64,000 nt of DNA from an uncultured Pseudomonadota bacterium (GCA_963749075.1 CAVVLJ010000022.1:128001-192000); one strand, 5' to 3'. Shown: positions 20,377 through 32,431, counted from the first letter of the stretch. The notes: a model not told the origin generated them from the sequence alone. Made by a program: numbers and translations.

Positions 20377-21700
20377 TCAGTCCTCCGCGTCGTCGAGCGC
20401 GCCGGGATTCCCGATCACGTTCCAGCGCCCGCCCACGGCACCGCAGGTGACCGGCACGGCGACGAGGTCGGGGAGATAGTCCGGCCGGTTCTTGACGATG
20501 CTGCCGTTGGCGAAGGCGCGCGTCTGCTTGCCGCCCTCGGCCTCCGAATAGGCGACGGTAACGCCGCCCACGAGCGCCTCGTCCGGCGCCCAGCTGAGCT
20601 TAATCACCTTGACCGGGCGGCCCTCCTCGTCGCGTCCCTGCCAGTGCGCGGCGGTGGGCATGATCGCCTTGCCCACCCCGGGATGGAGCGTGCCGTCGAG
20701 CCCGGCGCCGATCTGGGTGAGCTTGCGCGGGTCCGGGCGATTGGGGCCGTCGAAGTCGAGCGTGGTCCATACTTCCAGATGGTCGCTGCCGATCCACGAG
20801 GCGGGTGCTGCCTGGTCGGGCCGCGGGTCGCGCACCTGCACGACGATGGTGCGCTGGTCGGGCGCCACGAGGCGCAGCTCGACATTGCGCGCGGGATCGG
20901 GGCGGCCGTAGGCGATGAAGGCTCTGCTGGCCTCGAGGCGCGCGGCACAGGTGCCGAGCACGGTGCCGTCGGGGAATGCGCCATTCTTCCGCGTCGGATC
21001 GGCGTTGCCCTCTGCATAGGGGATGTCGATGCCGACGAGGAAGCCGGGCTGGGCCGTCGCCGTCTTGTGCTGGGCCAGAAGCTCGCAGGGATCGTCGGGC
21101 TGCTTCTCCTCGGTCATCTTGGCGTTGTCGATGGCGACCGAGCGCGCCGCGAGGGTGGCGACGTTCGATCCAGCTGAGACTGCCCGAGCCGGTCTCGCTC
21201 GCGCGGAAGCCGCAGCGCTCGATGCTGAGCGTCTTCTGAGGTGCCAACTGGATCGTCACCTTCGTCTGCCAGCGGTCGTTCGAGCCGCCGAGCTGCAGGC
21301 GGCTCATGCGGTTGTCGCCGATCTTGACGGCGTCCATGCCGCGGCCGGCCGAGCCGTAGCCGTCGTTGCACAGCTTGAGAAGGGGCTGCGGCGCTTTGCT
21401 GCCCACGATCAGCCAATATTCGCGGCCGCCGTCATTGTCGCCCTCGCTCTCGCGGCAGCCCTCCTCGGGCGAGTCGTCCGGCTTGTTGGCGAGGCCGAGA
21501 TGCGCCTCCGCGACCACGAGCGGCTCGCCGGCTGGCGACTTCCCCGCCGGCCACAGCTTGGCGATCTCGCAAGCGTGGCGGTCGCCGCAGACGGCAGGCA
21601 TGAAGCGGGCGGCGCCCGCCTCGGCTGCCACGGCCGAGCCCCCCGCTACGGGCAGCGACAGCAAGAGGCCCGCGGCAGCGGCGATGCGGAACGCTCTCAT
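20377..21700 (-). CDS. Secreted cysteine-containing hypothetical protein (about 440 aa), split by an apparent +1 frameshift at 21164-21165
   Basis: Signal peptide MRAFRIAAAAGLLLSLPVAGGSAVA; deleting one base turns SWIERRH into SWIDVATLAARSVAIDNAKMTEEK, joining the two ORFs. Confidence 0.7.
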
Positions 21701-21806
21701 GAAAAATTGCCTCGCGCGCGGCGATGAACGTCTTGACGCAAAATCAGACGTTTCATGGCCGATGTCAAAAGCTTTCGCCGACGGATTCTTCTCTTGCCGG
21801 CCGGCC

Positions 21807-22136
21807 TCAGTCGCGCAGCGGCCGGCTCGCCACCAGCGGATGATCGGCCGCACTGACATGCTTCGGGCCGGCACCCCCGGGCGCCCCCCAGCCGGTCACC
21901 GCGGCGCTGAAGAAATCCGCATTGGCGGCCTTGTAGGCGACCTCGGCCGCGGGCAGGTCGTCCTCGTCGAAGATGGCGTCGACGGGGCAGACCGAGAGGC
22001 AGAGCCCGCAATTGATGCATTCGGCGGGCTGGATGTACATCATGCGCCCGCCCTCGTAGATGCATTCGACGGGGCACACCGTCTGGCAGGCGCCGTCCTT
22101 CACGTCGATGCAGGCAGAGGCGATGACGTAGCTCAC
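21807..22136 (-). CDS. 7Fe ([3Fe-4S][4Fe-4S]) ferredoxin
   Basis: GTG start; SYVIASACIDVKDGACQTVCPVECIYEG..MMYIQPAECINCGLCLSVCPVDAIF. Confidence 0.9.
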   Translation of the reverse strand: MSYVIASACIDVKDGACQTVCPVECIYEGGRMMYIQPAECINCGLCLSVCPVDAIFDEDDLPAAEVAYKAANADFFSAAVTGWGAPGGAGPKHVSAADHPLVASRPLRD

Positions 22137-22138
22137 GC

Positions 22139-22915
22139 TCAGGCGCCCCGCCATTGCGGTGCGCGCTTCTCCTGGAAGGCGCGCACCCCCTCGTGCTGAT
22201 CGCTCGACTTGAGCGCTGCCACGAGGGCGGGGAGGCGGAGCGACTGGGCCTCCTGCGGCGCAAGGCCGCTTCCCGCCCGCACCGTCTGCTTGATCGCGCG
22301 GATGGAGAGCGGCGCGCAGGCGAGGATGTCCGCGAGCCAGCGTGCGACGGCGGCGTCGATGTATGCGGTCGGCACCACCTCGTTGACGAGCCCGAGCTGC
22401 AAGGCCTCGGTCGCGGAGATGCGCCGGCCGGTCAAAAGCAACCCCATGGCCGCGACATGGGAGATGCGTCGCGGCAGGAGGGTAATGCCGCCCCCGAGCG
22501 GCAAGCGCCCGACGCGCGGCTCCGGCAGGCCGAAGCTCGCGTGCTCGGCGGCGACCACGATGTCGCAGCCGAGCACCATCTCGAAGCCGCCGCCGAGCGC
22601 CAGGCCATTGACGCGGGCGATGACCGGCACGTCGATCTTGTCGTTGAGTGCGATGCCGCCGAAGCCGCCCGGCGGCAAGGCCGCCAGATAGTCGAGGCCG
22701 GTTGGCCCGCCGCTCGCCTTCATGTCGGCGCCGCTCGAGAAGGCGCGCTCGCCCGAGCCCGTGAGCACGACGGCGCGCACGGAGGCGTCCTTCTCGATCT
22801 CCGCCCAGATGCGGACTAGCTCCGCCTCGGTCGCCTCGTCCACGGCGTTGAGGCGCTCCGGGCGGTCGATGGTGACGCGCGCGACGCCGTCCTCGCGCGT
22901 AAAGAGCACGCTCAC
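22139..22915 (-). CDS. Enoyl-CoA hydratase/crotonase family (CaiD/DpgD-like)
   Basis: DRPERLNA, AFSSGADMK, GGGFE...CD, FGLPEPRVG, EGVRAFQEKRAPQW; both catalytic glutamates present. Confidence 0.93.
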   Translation of the reverse strand: MSVLFTREDGVARVTIDRPERLNAVDEATEAELVRIWAEIEKDASVRAVVLTGSGERAFSSGADMKASGGPTGLDYLAALPPGGFGGIALNDKIDVPVIARVNGLALGGGFEMVLGCDIVVAAEHASFGLPEPRVGRLPLGGGITLLPRRISHVAAMGLLLTGRRISATEALQLGLVNEVVPTAYIDAAVARWLADILACAPLSIRAIKQTVRAGSGLAPQEAQSLRLPALVAALKSSDQHEGVRAFQEKRAPQWRGA

Positions 22916-24126
22916 GACACCACCTTGCCGCGGTTAAGCGCGGCGATCTTTCCCTCGTCGTAGCCGAGCTCGCCGAGGATCGCCGCGGCATGCTCGCCGA
23001 GCCTTGGCGGGGCGTAGCGCAGGCGGAAGGCCGAGGGGTCCATGGCGATCGGGCTGCCGATGTAGCGCCTCGGCTCGTTGCCGCCGTCGGCTGCCCCGTC
23101 GAGCTCCACCACGATGCCGTTCGCCGCCGTCTGCTCGGAGGCGAGCGCCTCGCCGAGCGTCTGCACGGGTGCCGAGAGGAGGTCCTGCTCCTCGAGGCGG
23201 GCGAGCCAATAAGCCGTCGTGTTGCTTGCGAAGCGCTCGGCGAAGCGGGCCTTGAGCTCGGCCTTGCGGGCCAGCTGGCCGGCGAAGGTGGCGTAGGGCG
23301 GCTCGGCCGAGAGGTCCTCGATGCCGAGGGCGGTGCAAATGTCCCTGAGCGGATTGGCCTTGAAGGCGCCGACCAGCACGAGGGCGCCGTCCGAGGTGCT
23401 GAATACGCCGTTCAGCGGGAAGGCGCCCCAGTTGAGCTCGCGGCGGCGCTGCAGCCACATCGCCGCCTCCTGCATCTGCATCGCCAGCATGGAATCATAG
23501 AGCGAGACGGAGATTTCCTGGCCGCGCCCCGTCTTCTCGCGCTGGAGGAGCGCCAGCAGCACCCCCTGCACCAGATGCATGCCGGCTGCGTAATCGGCGA
23601 GCGCCGTGCAATAGACCGCATAGGGCTGCCGCTCGTCCGAGCGCCGCGCCATCACGCCGGAGAGCGCCTGGGCGAGGATGTCCTGGCCGCCCTTGTGGGC
23701 GAGCGGGCCGCGCGGTCCGTAGCCCGAGCCGAAGGCGGAGATGATGCGCGGGTTGATGGCGGCGAGTGCGGCATGGCCGAAGCCCATGCGCTCCATGACG
23801 CCGGCGCGGAAGTTGTTCACCACCACGTCGGCGGTCTTCACGAGGTCGTAGACGATGGCCTTGCCCGCGGCCCCCCTCAAGTCGATGGCGATCGAGCGCT
23901 TGTTGCGGTTGATGCTGCGGAAGACCGGGTTGTCGAGCCCGTCCGGGTCGTCGGCGAGCGAGGTTCGCGAGAGGTCGCCCACGCCGGGCCGCTCGATCTT
24001 GATCACGTCGGCGCCGTAGTCGGCGAGCATCTGGGTGGCGCAGGGCCCCAGCATCACTTGCGTGAAGTCGATGACGCGGATGCCGGAGAGCGGCTGCGCT
24101 GTACCGTTGGCGGGGCTGCTCGTCAT
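22912..24126 (-). CDS. CaiB/BaiF class III CoA-transferase
   Basis: PLSGIRVIDFTQVMLGP, LADYGADVIKIERPG.GD, NRNKRSI.IDL, PPRLGEH. Confidence 0.93.
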   Translation of the reverse strand: MTSSPANGTAQPLSGIRVIDFTQVMLGPCATQMLADYGADVIKIERPGVGDLSRTSLADDPDGLDNPVFRSINRNKRSIAIDLRGAAGKAIVYDLVKTADVVVNNFRAGVMERMGFGHAALAAINPRIISAFGSGYGPRGPLAHKGGQDILAQALSGVMARRSDERQPYAVYCTALADYAAGMHLVQGVLLALLQREKTGRGQEISVSLYDSMLAMQMQEAAMWLQRRRELNWGAFPLNGVFSTSDGALVLVGAFKANPLRDICTALGIEDLSAEPPYATFAGQLARKAELKARFAERFASNTTAYWLARLEEQDLLSAPVQTLGEALASEQTAANGIVVELDGAADGGNEPRRYIGSPIAMDPSAFRLRYAPPRLGEHAAAILGELGYDEGKIAALNRGKVVS

Positions 24127-25484
24127 GCCGCCTTCTCTCCCGCATCGAGGGTGGCGTTAGGCGCCGGCACGTCGCCAGGATCGGCGCCCTGGGCGCGCAA
24201 GCGCGCCTGCAGCGCCTTCACGTCCACCTGCTCGACGCCGATGCCGGCATCGAGCGCCAGCGCCGCGGCGAGCCCGGCGGCCTCGCCCATGGCGATGCAG
24301 GGGGGAATCTCGCGCGACACGCGCTGCGCCGCCGAGGTCGCGGAATAGTGCCGCCCGGCGACGAGGAGCTGGCCGACGTTCTTCGGCAGGAGGCAGCGGT
24401 ACGGATAGTAGTAGTCGCGGCCGCGCGCGATGCTGTCGGGGAAGTGGCGGCGGCCCATGACGTCCTCCTTGGTGAGCACGTAGGCGCCATCGAGAAGGCG
24501 CGTCTGGCGGATGCCGAGCTGGGGCGCCACGTCGACCACATAGGCGTTCCTGAAGCCGGGCATCCTTTCGCGCACGAATTCGACGAGGCGGGCGATGCGC
24601 TGGCGCCCCTCGAAATCGGCGCGCGTCAGGTCCTCGATCTTGAGCCCGTCGTAGCCGGCCATGTGCGGGCAGTTGCACCACACGACGCCGGGGAGCGGCG
24701 TCTTGAGCCACCATTTGTCCCAGGAGCCGCCCGTGATCCGCTTCGCCTCGCGGTCGATGGCGTTGAAGGCCGCGGGCTCGGCATATTCGAAGCGCTCGGC
24801 CTCCTCGGTGTCGACCGCGCCCAAGCGGAAGACGGTGGTCACTATGAAGCTGCCCGCAATGAAGGCAGCACCGGCGGAGGCCGCCACGTCGAGATCGCCC
24901 GTCGCGTCCACCACGATGCCGCCGAGGATGGCCTGGCGGCCGGCCTTGCCCTCGACGATGACGCCCGCGACGCGGCCCTCCTCGACGATCGCCTTGGAGA
25001 ACCAGCTGTGCAGGCGCAGGTTCACCTTCGCCTCGGCGATCATGTCGTTCGAGACGCGCTTGAAGCCGTCGGGATCGAAGGCGACGGAATAGCAGATGGG
25101 CTGCGGCTTCTCGTGCGCGGTGAAGTCGAAGAGGCCCCAGCGCGACCACTTGCGCCACATCGCCCAGTCGGCGCGGCGGTCCGCCTCGGGCGGCGACACG
25201 GCGAGGCCGAGCCGCTCCATGCGCTCGATCATCTCCGTCGAGAGGCCGCGCACGCTGATCTCGCTGCCGTTGCACATGTCGTCGAGCACGAGGACCATGC
25301 CGCCCGACGCAAGGCCGCCTAGATAGGGATAGCGCTCGAGGAGGGCGACCTTGAGGCCGTTCCGCGCTCCCGACACGGCAGCACCTATGCCGGCCGGCCC
25401 GCCTCCCACCACGACGAGATCGGCGCGCGCCGCCACGGGAACGCGCTCGCCCGGCTCGTCGATCCAGTCGCTCGCGATACTCAT
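24123..25484 (-). CDS. FAD-dependent oxidoreductase (FAD_oxidored/PF12831-like)
   Basis: VVGGGPAGIGAA, LERYPYLGGLASGG, VDATGDLD, GIRQTR, PYRCLLP, LLVAGR, R.IPPCIAMGEAAG. Confidence 0.88.
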   Translation of the reverse strand: MSIASDWIDEPGERVPVAARADLVVVGGGPAGIGAAVSGARNGLKVALLERYPYLGGLASGGMVLVLDDMCNGSEISVRGLSTEMIERMERLGLAVSPPEADRRADWAMWRKWSRWGLFDFTAHEKPQPICYSVAFDPDGFKRVSNDMIAEAKVNLRLHSWFSKAIVEEGRVAGVIVEGKAGRQAILGGIVVDATGDLDVAASAGAAFIAGSFIVTTVFRLGAVDTEEAERFEYAEPAAFNAIDREAKRITGGSWDKWWLKTPLPGVVWCNCPHMAGYDGLKIEDLTRADFEGRQRIARLVEFVRERMPGFRNAYVVDVAPQLGIRQTRLLDGAYVLTKEDVMGRRHFPDSIARGRDYYYPYRCLLPKNVGQLLVAGRHYSATSAAQRVSREIPPCIAMGEAAGLAAALALDAGIGVEQVDVKALQARLRAQGADPGDVPAPNATLDAGEKAA

Positions 25485-25527
25485 GGGCGGGTCTCCTTGT
25501 CGATGAGGGGACGAGCGGACACGGCGC

Positions 25528-26388
25528 TCAGCCCGCGAGCGCCACGTTCCACTTGATGACGCGGCGCTCGATGGCGGTGATCGCGGCGAAGAAGAGGGCG
25601 GAGAAGGTCGAGCCGACGACGATGGTGGCGTAGAGCAAGGGCGAGTCGAAGTTGTAGGTGGCCTGGATGATGAGCGCGCCGATGCCGACGTTGGAGCCGA
25701 TCCATTCGCCCACGATGGCGCCGATCACCGCGGTCGAGGCGGCGATCTTGAGGGCCGAGAAGAGATAGGGCAGCGCGTTCTGCACCCGGAGCTTGAAGAA
25801 GATCTCCCGCCCGCTCGCCGACAGCACCTTCATGAGCTCGAGCGCCTGGGGATTCACGTCGCGCAGGCCGCGGGTCATGTTGACGAGGGTGGGGAAGAAG
25901 CAGACCAGCGCCGCGATGGCGATCTTGGGCTCCATGCCGTTGCCGAGGAGGAGCACGAGGATGGGCGCCTTGGCCACCACCGGGATGGTGTTGACCATGA
26001 CCGCGATGGGGAAGAGGGCCTCCTCGATCGCCTTCTTCTGCACGAAGAAGGTGGCGATCGCGATGGCGGTCAGGTTGCCGAGGAGAAAGCCGAGCACCGC
26101 CTCGATCGCGGTCGGCAGCAGGTTCTCCATGAGGAGAGCGAAGCGGCCGGCGAGCACATGGAGGACGGCTGCCGGCGTGGGTGCGATGAAGGGCTTGATG
26201 TCGAGGAGGATCACGGCACCCCACCAGAGGGCCACGAAGCCCACGACCGCCAGCGCGGGCAGCAGACGCTTGCGCCACTCGAGCATGCGCCGGGCGTGGA
26301 GGAACCTCGCCTTCGCCTCCTCGTCGTGGGCGAAGGAGGGGCCGGAGGGTGCGGAGCGCGGACGCCCGCCTATGGTCTCGTCGCTCAT
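25528..26388 (-). CDS. NitT/TauT ABC permease
   Basis: PFIAPTP, NTIPVVAKAP, CFFPTLVN..RGL, ALPYLFSALKI, GAIVGEW. Confidence 0.92.
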   Translation of the reverse strand: MSDETIGGRPRSAPSGPSFAHDEEAKARFLHARRMLEWRKRLLPALAVVGFVALWWGAVILLDIKPFIAPTPAAVLHVLAGRFALLMENLLPTAIEAVLGFLLGNLTAIAIATFFVQKKAIEEALFPIAVMVNTIPVVAKAPILVLLLGNGMEPKIAIAALVCFFPTLVNMTRGLRDVNPQALELMKVLSASGREIFFKLRVQNALPYLFSALKIAASTAVIGAIVGEWIGSNVGIGALIIQATYNFDSPLLYATIVVGSTFSALFFAAITAIERRVIKWNVALAG

Positions 26389-27212
26389 CAGCAGGTCTCC
26401 AGCACGCGGCGCAGGTGGCCGGCGAGGGCCACGAATTGCGCGCTCTCGCGCAACGCGAGGCGGCGCGGGCTCGGCAGCTCGACCGGCACCAGCTCGCGCA
26501 CGCGGCCCGGCCTCGCTGCGAGCAGCAGCACCTCCTGGCCGAGGAAGGCCGCCTCGTAGATCGAATGGGTGACGAAGAGGATGGTGGTGCCGGTCGAGCT
26601 CCAGAGGCCGAGGAGCTCCTCGTTGAGCCGGTCGCGCGTGATCTCGTCGAGCGCGCCGAAGGGCTCGTCCATGAGGAGGAGCTTGGGCTCCGTGACGAGC
26701 GCGCGGGCGAGCGCCACGCGCTGGCGCATGCCGCCCGAGAGCTCGTGGGGATAGGCGTGCTCCCAGCCGGCAAGACCGACCATGGCGAGGAGCTCGCCGG
26801 CGCTGCTGGCGCCCGCGCGCGCGGCACCGCCCCCGACCTCGAGCGGCAGCATCACGTTGGCGAGCACCGTGCGCCACGGCAGGAGGGCCGGGTCCTGGAA
26901 GACGAAGCCGATGTCGCGGTTCTTGCGCGCTGCCGCCGGCGGCTTGCCCAGCACGCTCAGCGAGCCGGCACTGGGTGCGATGAGATCGGCGATGACGCGC
27001 AGGAGGGTCGATTTGCCGCAGCCCGAGGGGCCGAGAAGACTCACGAAGCCGCCGCGCGCGACCGTGAGGCTCACGTCCTCGAGCGCCGTGATGACGCCGC
27101 GCTCGCTTACGAAGCGCACGGAGAGGCCCTCGCAGCGGACGGCCGCCTCGGCAGGCCCAGGAGATGCCGCGCGCTCGCGCTGTGCCGCCGCCGCCTCGCC
27201 CGCCATCGCCAT
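26388..27212 (-). CDS. NitT/TauT ABC ATP-binding protein
   Basis: GPSGCGKST, VFQDPALLPWR, LSGGMRQR, MDEPFGALD, FVTHSIYEA. Confidence 0.95.
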   Translation of the reverse strand: MAMAGEAAAAQRERAASPGPAEAAVRCEGLSVRFVSERGVITALEDVSLTVARGGFVSLLGPSGCGKSTLLRVIADLIAPSAGSLSVLGKPPAAARKNRDIGFVFQDPALLPWRTVLANVMLPLEVGGGAARAGASSAGELLAMVGLAGWEHAYPHELSGGMRQRVALARALVTEPKLLLMDEPFGALDEITRDRLNEELLGLWSSTGTTILFVTHSIYEAAFLGQEVLLLAARPGRVRELVPVELPSPRRLALRESAQFVALAGHLRRVLETC

Positions 27213-27222
27213 CGCTTGCTGC

Positions 27223-28263
27223 CTATCCGAGCTTCGCGCGCGCGTCCTTGGTCGCGGCGAGGATGTCCGTGTCGATCACTTCCGCGAGCTTGGGCGGGCC
27301 GGCGGAGAACTGCTTGAGCTGGTCGTAGAGATCGATCTGCTCCTGCCACACCGCGGGCTCGAAGGTGCCCCAGCCCTTGGCCTTGGTGGCGGCGGTGAAT
27401 TCGAACTTGAGCATCGTGCCCACCGCGGCGAGCTCGTCCTTCTCGACGAGGTTGGGGTATTCCTTGAGCAGAAGGCCGACCGCCTTCTCGGGGTTCTCGT
27501 AGGTGTAGGCCCAGCCGCGCGAGGCCGCGCGCACGAAGGCCTCGAGCAGCGCGGCCTTGTGCGCGAGCGTGTCGGTGGTCGCGTAATAGGGCTGGGCGTA
27601 GAGCTTGACCCCCTCGTCCCACAGGCGCATGGCGACGAAATTGCCGCCGAGGGCCCGGAGCGCCGTGGTATTGGTGAGCCAGCCCGTGACCGCCGCCACT
27701 TGGCCGGTCACCACCGGCGACATGTCGGAGCCGATCACCACCACCTCGACGTCCTTCTCGGGGATGTTGTGCTTCTCGAGGAGGGCCGTGAGCAGGATCT
27801 TGCCGGTCGCCTGGATGCCGATCTTCTTGCCGACCATGTCCTCGGGCGTGCGGATGGGATCCTTGGGCAGCGAGAAGAAGGCGTAGGGATGCTCCTGGGC
27901 GCCGACCGCGAAGCATTTGACCGGCAGCTTCTGGGAGGCGGCGAGCATGAGCGAGGGGCTCGAGGAGACCTGGCCGATCTCGAAGCGCCCGGAGGCGACG
28001 ATGGCGACGCCGTCGATGCTCGGGCCGCCCGGCTGGATGGCGAGGTTGAGCTTCTCCTCCTCGAAATAGCCGAGCTGCTTCGCCGCGCACTCGCCGATCT
28101 GGTTGCCGCCGCCGATCCAGCCGAGCTGGAGATTGACCGTGGTGGTCTTGGCCTGGGTGTGGCCGATGCGCGGCGCCAGGCCCGCGATCGCAAGTCCGCC
28201 CGCGGCCGCACCTCCCCGCATCAGAGCCCGCCGCGTCAGCCGCCAAGAGCTTCCTTTTGTCAT
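27223..28263 (-). CDS. NMT1/THI5-like ABC substrate-binding protein, Tat signal
   Basis: TRRALM leader; LQLGW, GYFEEEKL...IQPGGP, F.RA..RGW.Y...NPE.AV. Confidence 0.88.
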   Translation of the reverse strand: MTKGSSWRLTRRALMRGGAAAGGLAIAGLAPRIGHTQAKTTTVNLQLGWIGGGNQIGECAAKQLGYFEEEKLNLAIQPGGPSIDGVAIVASGRFEIGQVSSSPSLMLAASQKLPVKCFAVGAQEHPYAFFSLPKDPIRTPEDMVGKKIGIQATGKILLTALLEKHNIPEKDVEVVVIGSDMSPVVTGQVAAVTGWLTNTTALRALGGNFVAMRLWDEGVKLYAQPYYATTDTLAHKAALLEAFVRAASRGWAYTYENPEKAVGLLLKEYPNLVEKDELAAVGTMLKFEFTAATKAKGWGTFEPAVWQEQIDLYDQLKQFSAGPPKLAEVIDTDILAATKDARAKLG

Positions 28264-28401
28264 CGTCGAGATCTCCCAGGTTCCCGTCAGCGCAAAATCG
28301 GCGCCCGGCCGGTGCCCTAGAATAGAAGAGTTTTTCGCCTATGGTGATGCTTTTTTGCCAGTGTGCCAGTTCGAATTTCCGGGAACGGAGATGAGGCTTC
28401 G

Positions 28402-28549
28402 CCCCTCTCCTCCTTCAGGAGGGAGGGGGCCATCCCGGATGGATGGGAGGGTGAGGAGGCCGAGCGCTTGCGCGCCCGTGCGGCCGACGATGTGCCCGGC
28501 AAAGCCACCTCCTCACCCCGACCCTCTCCTCCTGAAGGAGGAGAGGGGG
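28402..28549. repeat. Composite REP/RIME-like palindromic element
   Basis: Two terminal hairpins (CCCCTCTCC...GGAGGGGG and CCCTCTCCTCC-TGAA-GGAGGAGAGGG) with inner GGGTGAGG/CCTCACCC arms; same layout as 43841-43986. Confidence 0.75.
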
Positions 28550-28565
28550 ATTGTCCAGTGATTTC

Positions 28566-28581
28566 TTGACTGTTTGGTCAA
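28566..28581. promoter_or_regulatory. RutR-type operator
   Basis: TTGACTGTTTGGTCAA versus the RutR box TTGACCAnnTGGTCAA (2 mismatches), just upstream of urc1; a RutR-like TetR ends the same operon. Confidence 0.75.
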
Positions 28582-28627
28582 TTTTCGCCAGAGTTGCCGT
28601 TTGAGGGATTGGGGCGATCCCAGGGCG

Positions 28628-29860
<1,233 letters not shown>

Positions 29861-29863
29861 CGC

Positions 29864-31126
29864 TTGGCAGCGGTGCAGCACGGCAGTCCCCGTACCCAGC
29901 CCCTCGACGAAGGAGCGGATGCACGGCGCCTGAGCACGGCCGCGGCGGTGCGCGAGCGCGCGGCGCGCATGCTTGCGATGGCGGAGCGTGACGAGCTCCC
30001 TCATTTCGCGCTCGTGCCCGAGCGCCTCCCGGGCGTCATCGATTACGTCCTCGAGACGACGCGGCAGCGCTATCCGGACCTCGCCGTCCCGTTCCACAGC
30101 CGCTGGCGGCACTTCTCGGCGGGCGGGTGCCAACGCTGGTCGGAGCTCGCGGCATCGCTCGGCGGCGTGCCGCCGGACGAGGTGGCGCGCATCCGCTGCG
30201 ATCTCGCGGTGGTGAGCGTGCTGCTCGACGCGGGTGCCGGCGAAGGCTGGTGCTATCGCGAGGCCGGCGGGGGCGCATACGCGCGCTCCGAGGGCCTCGC
30301 GGTCGCGAGCTACCACATGTTCACGAGCGGGCTCTTCTCGGCCGATCCGCACGCCCCCTATCGCGCGGACGCCTCGGCGCTCGCCGCCGTCACGGACGAT
30401 CGCCTCGCCTCGGCGCTGCAGGCGAGCGCGCGCAATCCCATGGTCGGGCTCGCCGGACGTGCAGCCCTTCTCCGCCGTCTCGGCGCCGCACTTCTCGCGG
30501 AGCCGGCGCTCTTCGGCTCGCCGCCGCGCGTCGGCCGCATCTTCGATCATCTCCGCCAGCGCGCGGCGGGTGCCGCGCTGCCGGCAAGCGAGATCCTCGC
30601 GGCCGTCATGCGCGGGCTGGGACCCATCTGGCCGGGCCGCGAGAGCCTCGGTGGCGTCAACCTGGGCGACGTCTGGCGCCATTCCGCCATGCGCACGGGC
30701 GACGCCACGGAGAGCCTGATGCCGTTCCACAAGCTCTCCCAGTGGCTCGCCTATTCGCTCATCGAGCCGCTCGCGGAGGGCGGCGTGCCGGTCGCCGGGA
30801 TCGACGAGCTGACCGGCCTCGCCGAATACCGCAACGGCGGCCTCATGATCGACGGCGGCCTCCTCGTGCCGCGCGACCCGACGCTCCTCGGCCGGCGGCT
30901 TTCGCCAGGCGACGAAGCAGTGGTGGAATGGCGCGCGCTCACCGTGGCGCTCCTCGACCGCATCGCCGAGGGACTGCGCGCGGTGCTCGGTGTTGACGCC
31001 GTGCGGCTTCCCTTGGCCTCGGTGCTCGAGGGCGGCACCTGGGCGGCCGGCCGGCGCATCGCCCGCGAGCGCCGACCCGACGGCGGCCCGCCGCTCGTCG
31101 TCGAGAGCGACGGGACCCTGTTCTGA
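29864..31126 (+). CDS. URC4/Urg3 family protein (DUF1688)
   Basis: [82 protein letters not shown]. Confidence 0.92.
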   Translation: MAAVQHGSPRTQPLDEGADARRLSTAAAVRERAARMLAMAERDELPHFALVPERLPGVIDYVLETTRQRYPDLAVPFHSRWRHFSAGGCQRWSELAASLGGVPPDEVARIRCDLAVVSVLLDAGAGEGWCYREAGGGAYARSEGLAVASYHMFTSGLFSADPHAPYRADASALAAVTDDRLASALQASARNPMVGLAGRAALLRRLGAALLAEPALFGSPPRVGRIFDHLRQRAAGAALPASEILAAVMRGLGPIWPGRESLGGVNLGDVWRHSAMRTGDATESLMPFHKLSQWLAYSLIEPLAEGGVPVAGIDELTGLAEYRNGGLMIDGGLLVPRDPTLLGRRLSPGDEAVVEWRALTVALLDRIAEGLRAVLGVDAVRLPLASVLEGGTWAAGRRIARERRPDGGPPLVVESDGTLF

Positions 31127-31155
31127 GGCGAGACCCGAGCGAGAGAGGGAACAGC

Positions 31156-31788
31156 ATGGCCGGCAACGTCTTCGTCATCGATCATCCGCTCGCCCAGCAC
31201 AAGCTCACCCTCATGCGCCGCAAGGAGACCTCGACCGGCGAGTTCCGCCTGCTCGTGCGCGAGATCAGTCCCTTCATGCTCTACGAGGTGACGCGCGACC
31301 TGCCGCTCACCGAACGCGAGATCGAGACGCCGCTCCAGACCATGAAGGCGCCGGTCTTGGCGGGAAAGAAGCTCTGCCTCGTGCCGATCCTGCGTGCCGG
31401 GCTCGGCTTCGTGGATGCCATGCTCGATCTCGTGCCCGCGGCGCGCGTCGGGCACATCGGCCTCTACCGCGATCCCGAAAGCCTCGCCGCGGTCGAATAC
31501 TATTTGAAGCTGCCGGAGGACATCGCGTCCCGCCGGGTGATCCTCGTCGATCCCATGCTGGCGACCGGGCATTCCGCGACCGCGGCACTCGGCCGGCTCA
31601 AGGAGGCGGGAGCGGAGAACATCAAGTTCGTCTGCCTGGTGGCGGCACCGGTCGGCATCGCCGAGGTCCAGGCCGAGCATCCCGACGTGCCGATCTACAC
31701 GGTGGCGATCGACGAGAGGCTCAACGACCATGCCTACATTCTCCCCGGGCTGGGGGACGCCGGTGACCGGCTCTTCGGCACCAAGTAA
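31156..31788 (+). CDS. upp: Uracil phosphoribosyltransferase
   Basis: [43 protein letters not shown]. Confidence 0.97.
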   Translation: MAGNVFVIDHPLAQHKLTLMRRKETSTGEFRLLVREISPFMLYEVTRDLPLTEREIETPLQTMKAPVLAGKKLCLVPILRAGLGFVDAMLDLVPAARVGHIGLYRDPESLAAVEYYLKLPEDIASRRVILVDPMLATGHSATAALGRLKEAGAENIKFVCLVAAPVGIAEVQAEHPDVPIYTVAIDERLNDHAYILPGLGDAGDRLFGTK

Positions 31789-32431
31789 GGCAGCACCCGC
31801 CAAGGGCCGCATCCGGCGCTCGAACGAGGAGAGCATCCTGCGCGCCGCCGAGGAGGTCTTCGCGCGCGCGGGCTTCGGCGGCGCGCGCGTGGCCGACATC
31901 GCCCGACGCGCCGGCATCCCGCAGGCCAACCTGCATTACTATTTCAGGACCAAGCGCAGGCTCTACCGCGCCGTGCTCGAGAACATCCTCGAGCTGTGGT
32001 TAGCTGAGACCGACATCATCCGCGCGGAGAGCGAGCCGCGGAAAGCGCTCGAGCAATACGTGCGCGCCAAGATGCGCTTCTCGCGCCGCTTCCCGAACGC
32101 CTCCAAGGTCTTCGCCAACGAGGTCATCCACGGCGCGCGCGAGATCGGTCCCTTCCTCAGGAAGGAGCTGCGCGCCCTCGTCGAGGCGAAGACGCGGGTG
32201 ATCGAGCAGTGGATCAGCGCGGGCCGCATGGCGCCGCTCGACCCGCGCCACCTCTTCTTCATGATCTGGGCTGTGACCCAGACCTACGCCGATTTCGAGG
32301 GGCAGGTGCGCGCCGTGCTCGGCGTATCCGCGCTCGGCGAGCGCCAGTTCGCCCATGCGACCGAGGAGGTCGTGGGCCACGTGCTCAGGAGCTGCGGCTT
32401 GGCGCCAGCGCCGGCAGAGGATGCCGAATGA
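31763..32431 (+). CDS. rutR: RutR-like TetR family regulator (TetR_C_3)
   Basis: [13 protein letters not shown]....IA..AG....[37 protein letters not shown]; likely GTG start at 31763 overlapping upp (alternative ATG at 31730). Confidence 0.85.
   Translation: MTGSSAPSKAAPAKGRIRRSNEESILRAAEEVFARAGFGGARVADIARRAGIPQANLHYYFRTKRRLYRAVLENILELWLAETDIIRAESEPRKALEQYVRAKMRFSRRFPNASKVFANEVIHGAREIGPFLRKELRALVEAKTRVIEQWISAGRMAPLDPRHLFFMIWAVTQTYADFEGQVRAVLGVSALGERQFAHATEEVVGHVLRSCGLAPAPAEDAE

Noticed and set aside
28340-28375. TGGCAC/TGGCA motifs on the - strand as a sigma54 promoter for the NMT1 ABC operon
   Set aside because: No TTGC at the required spacing.
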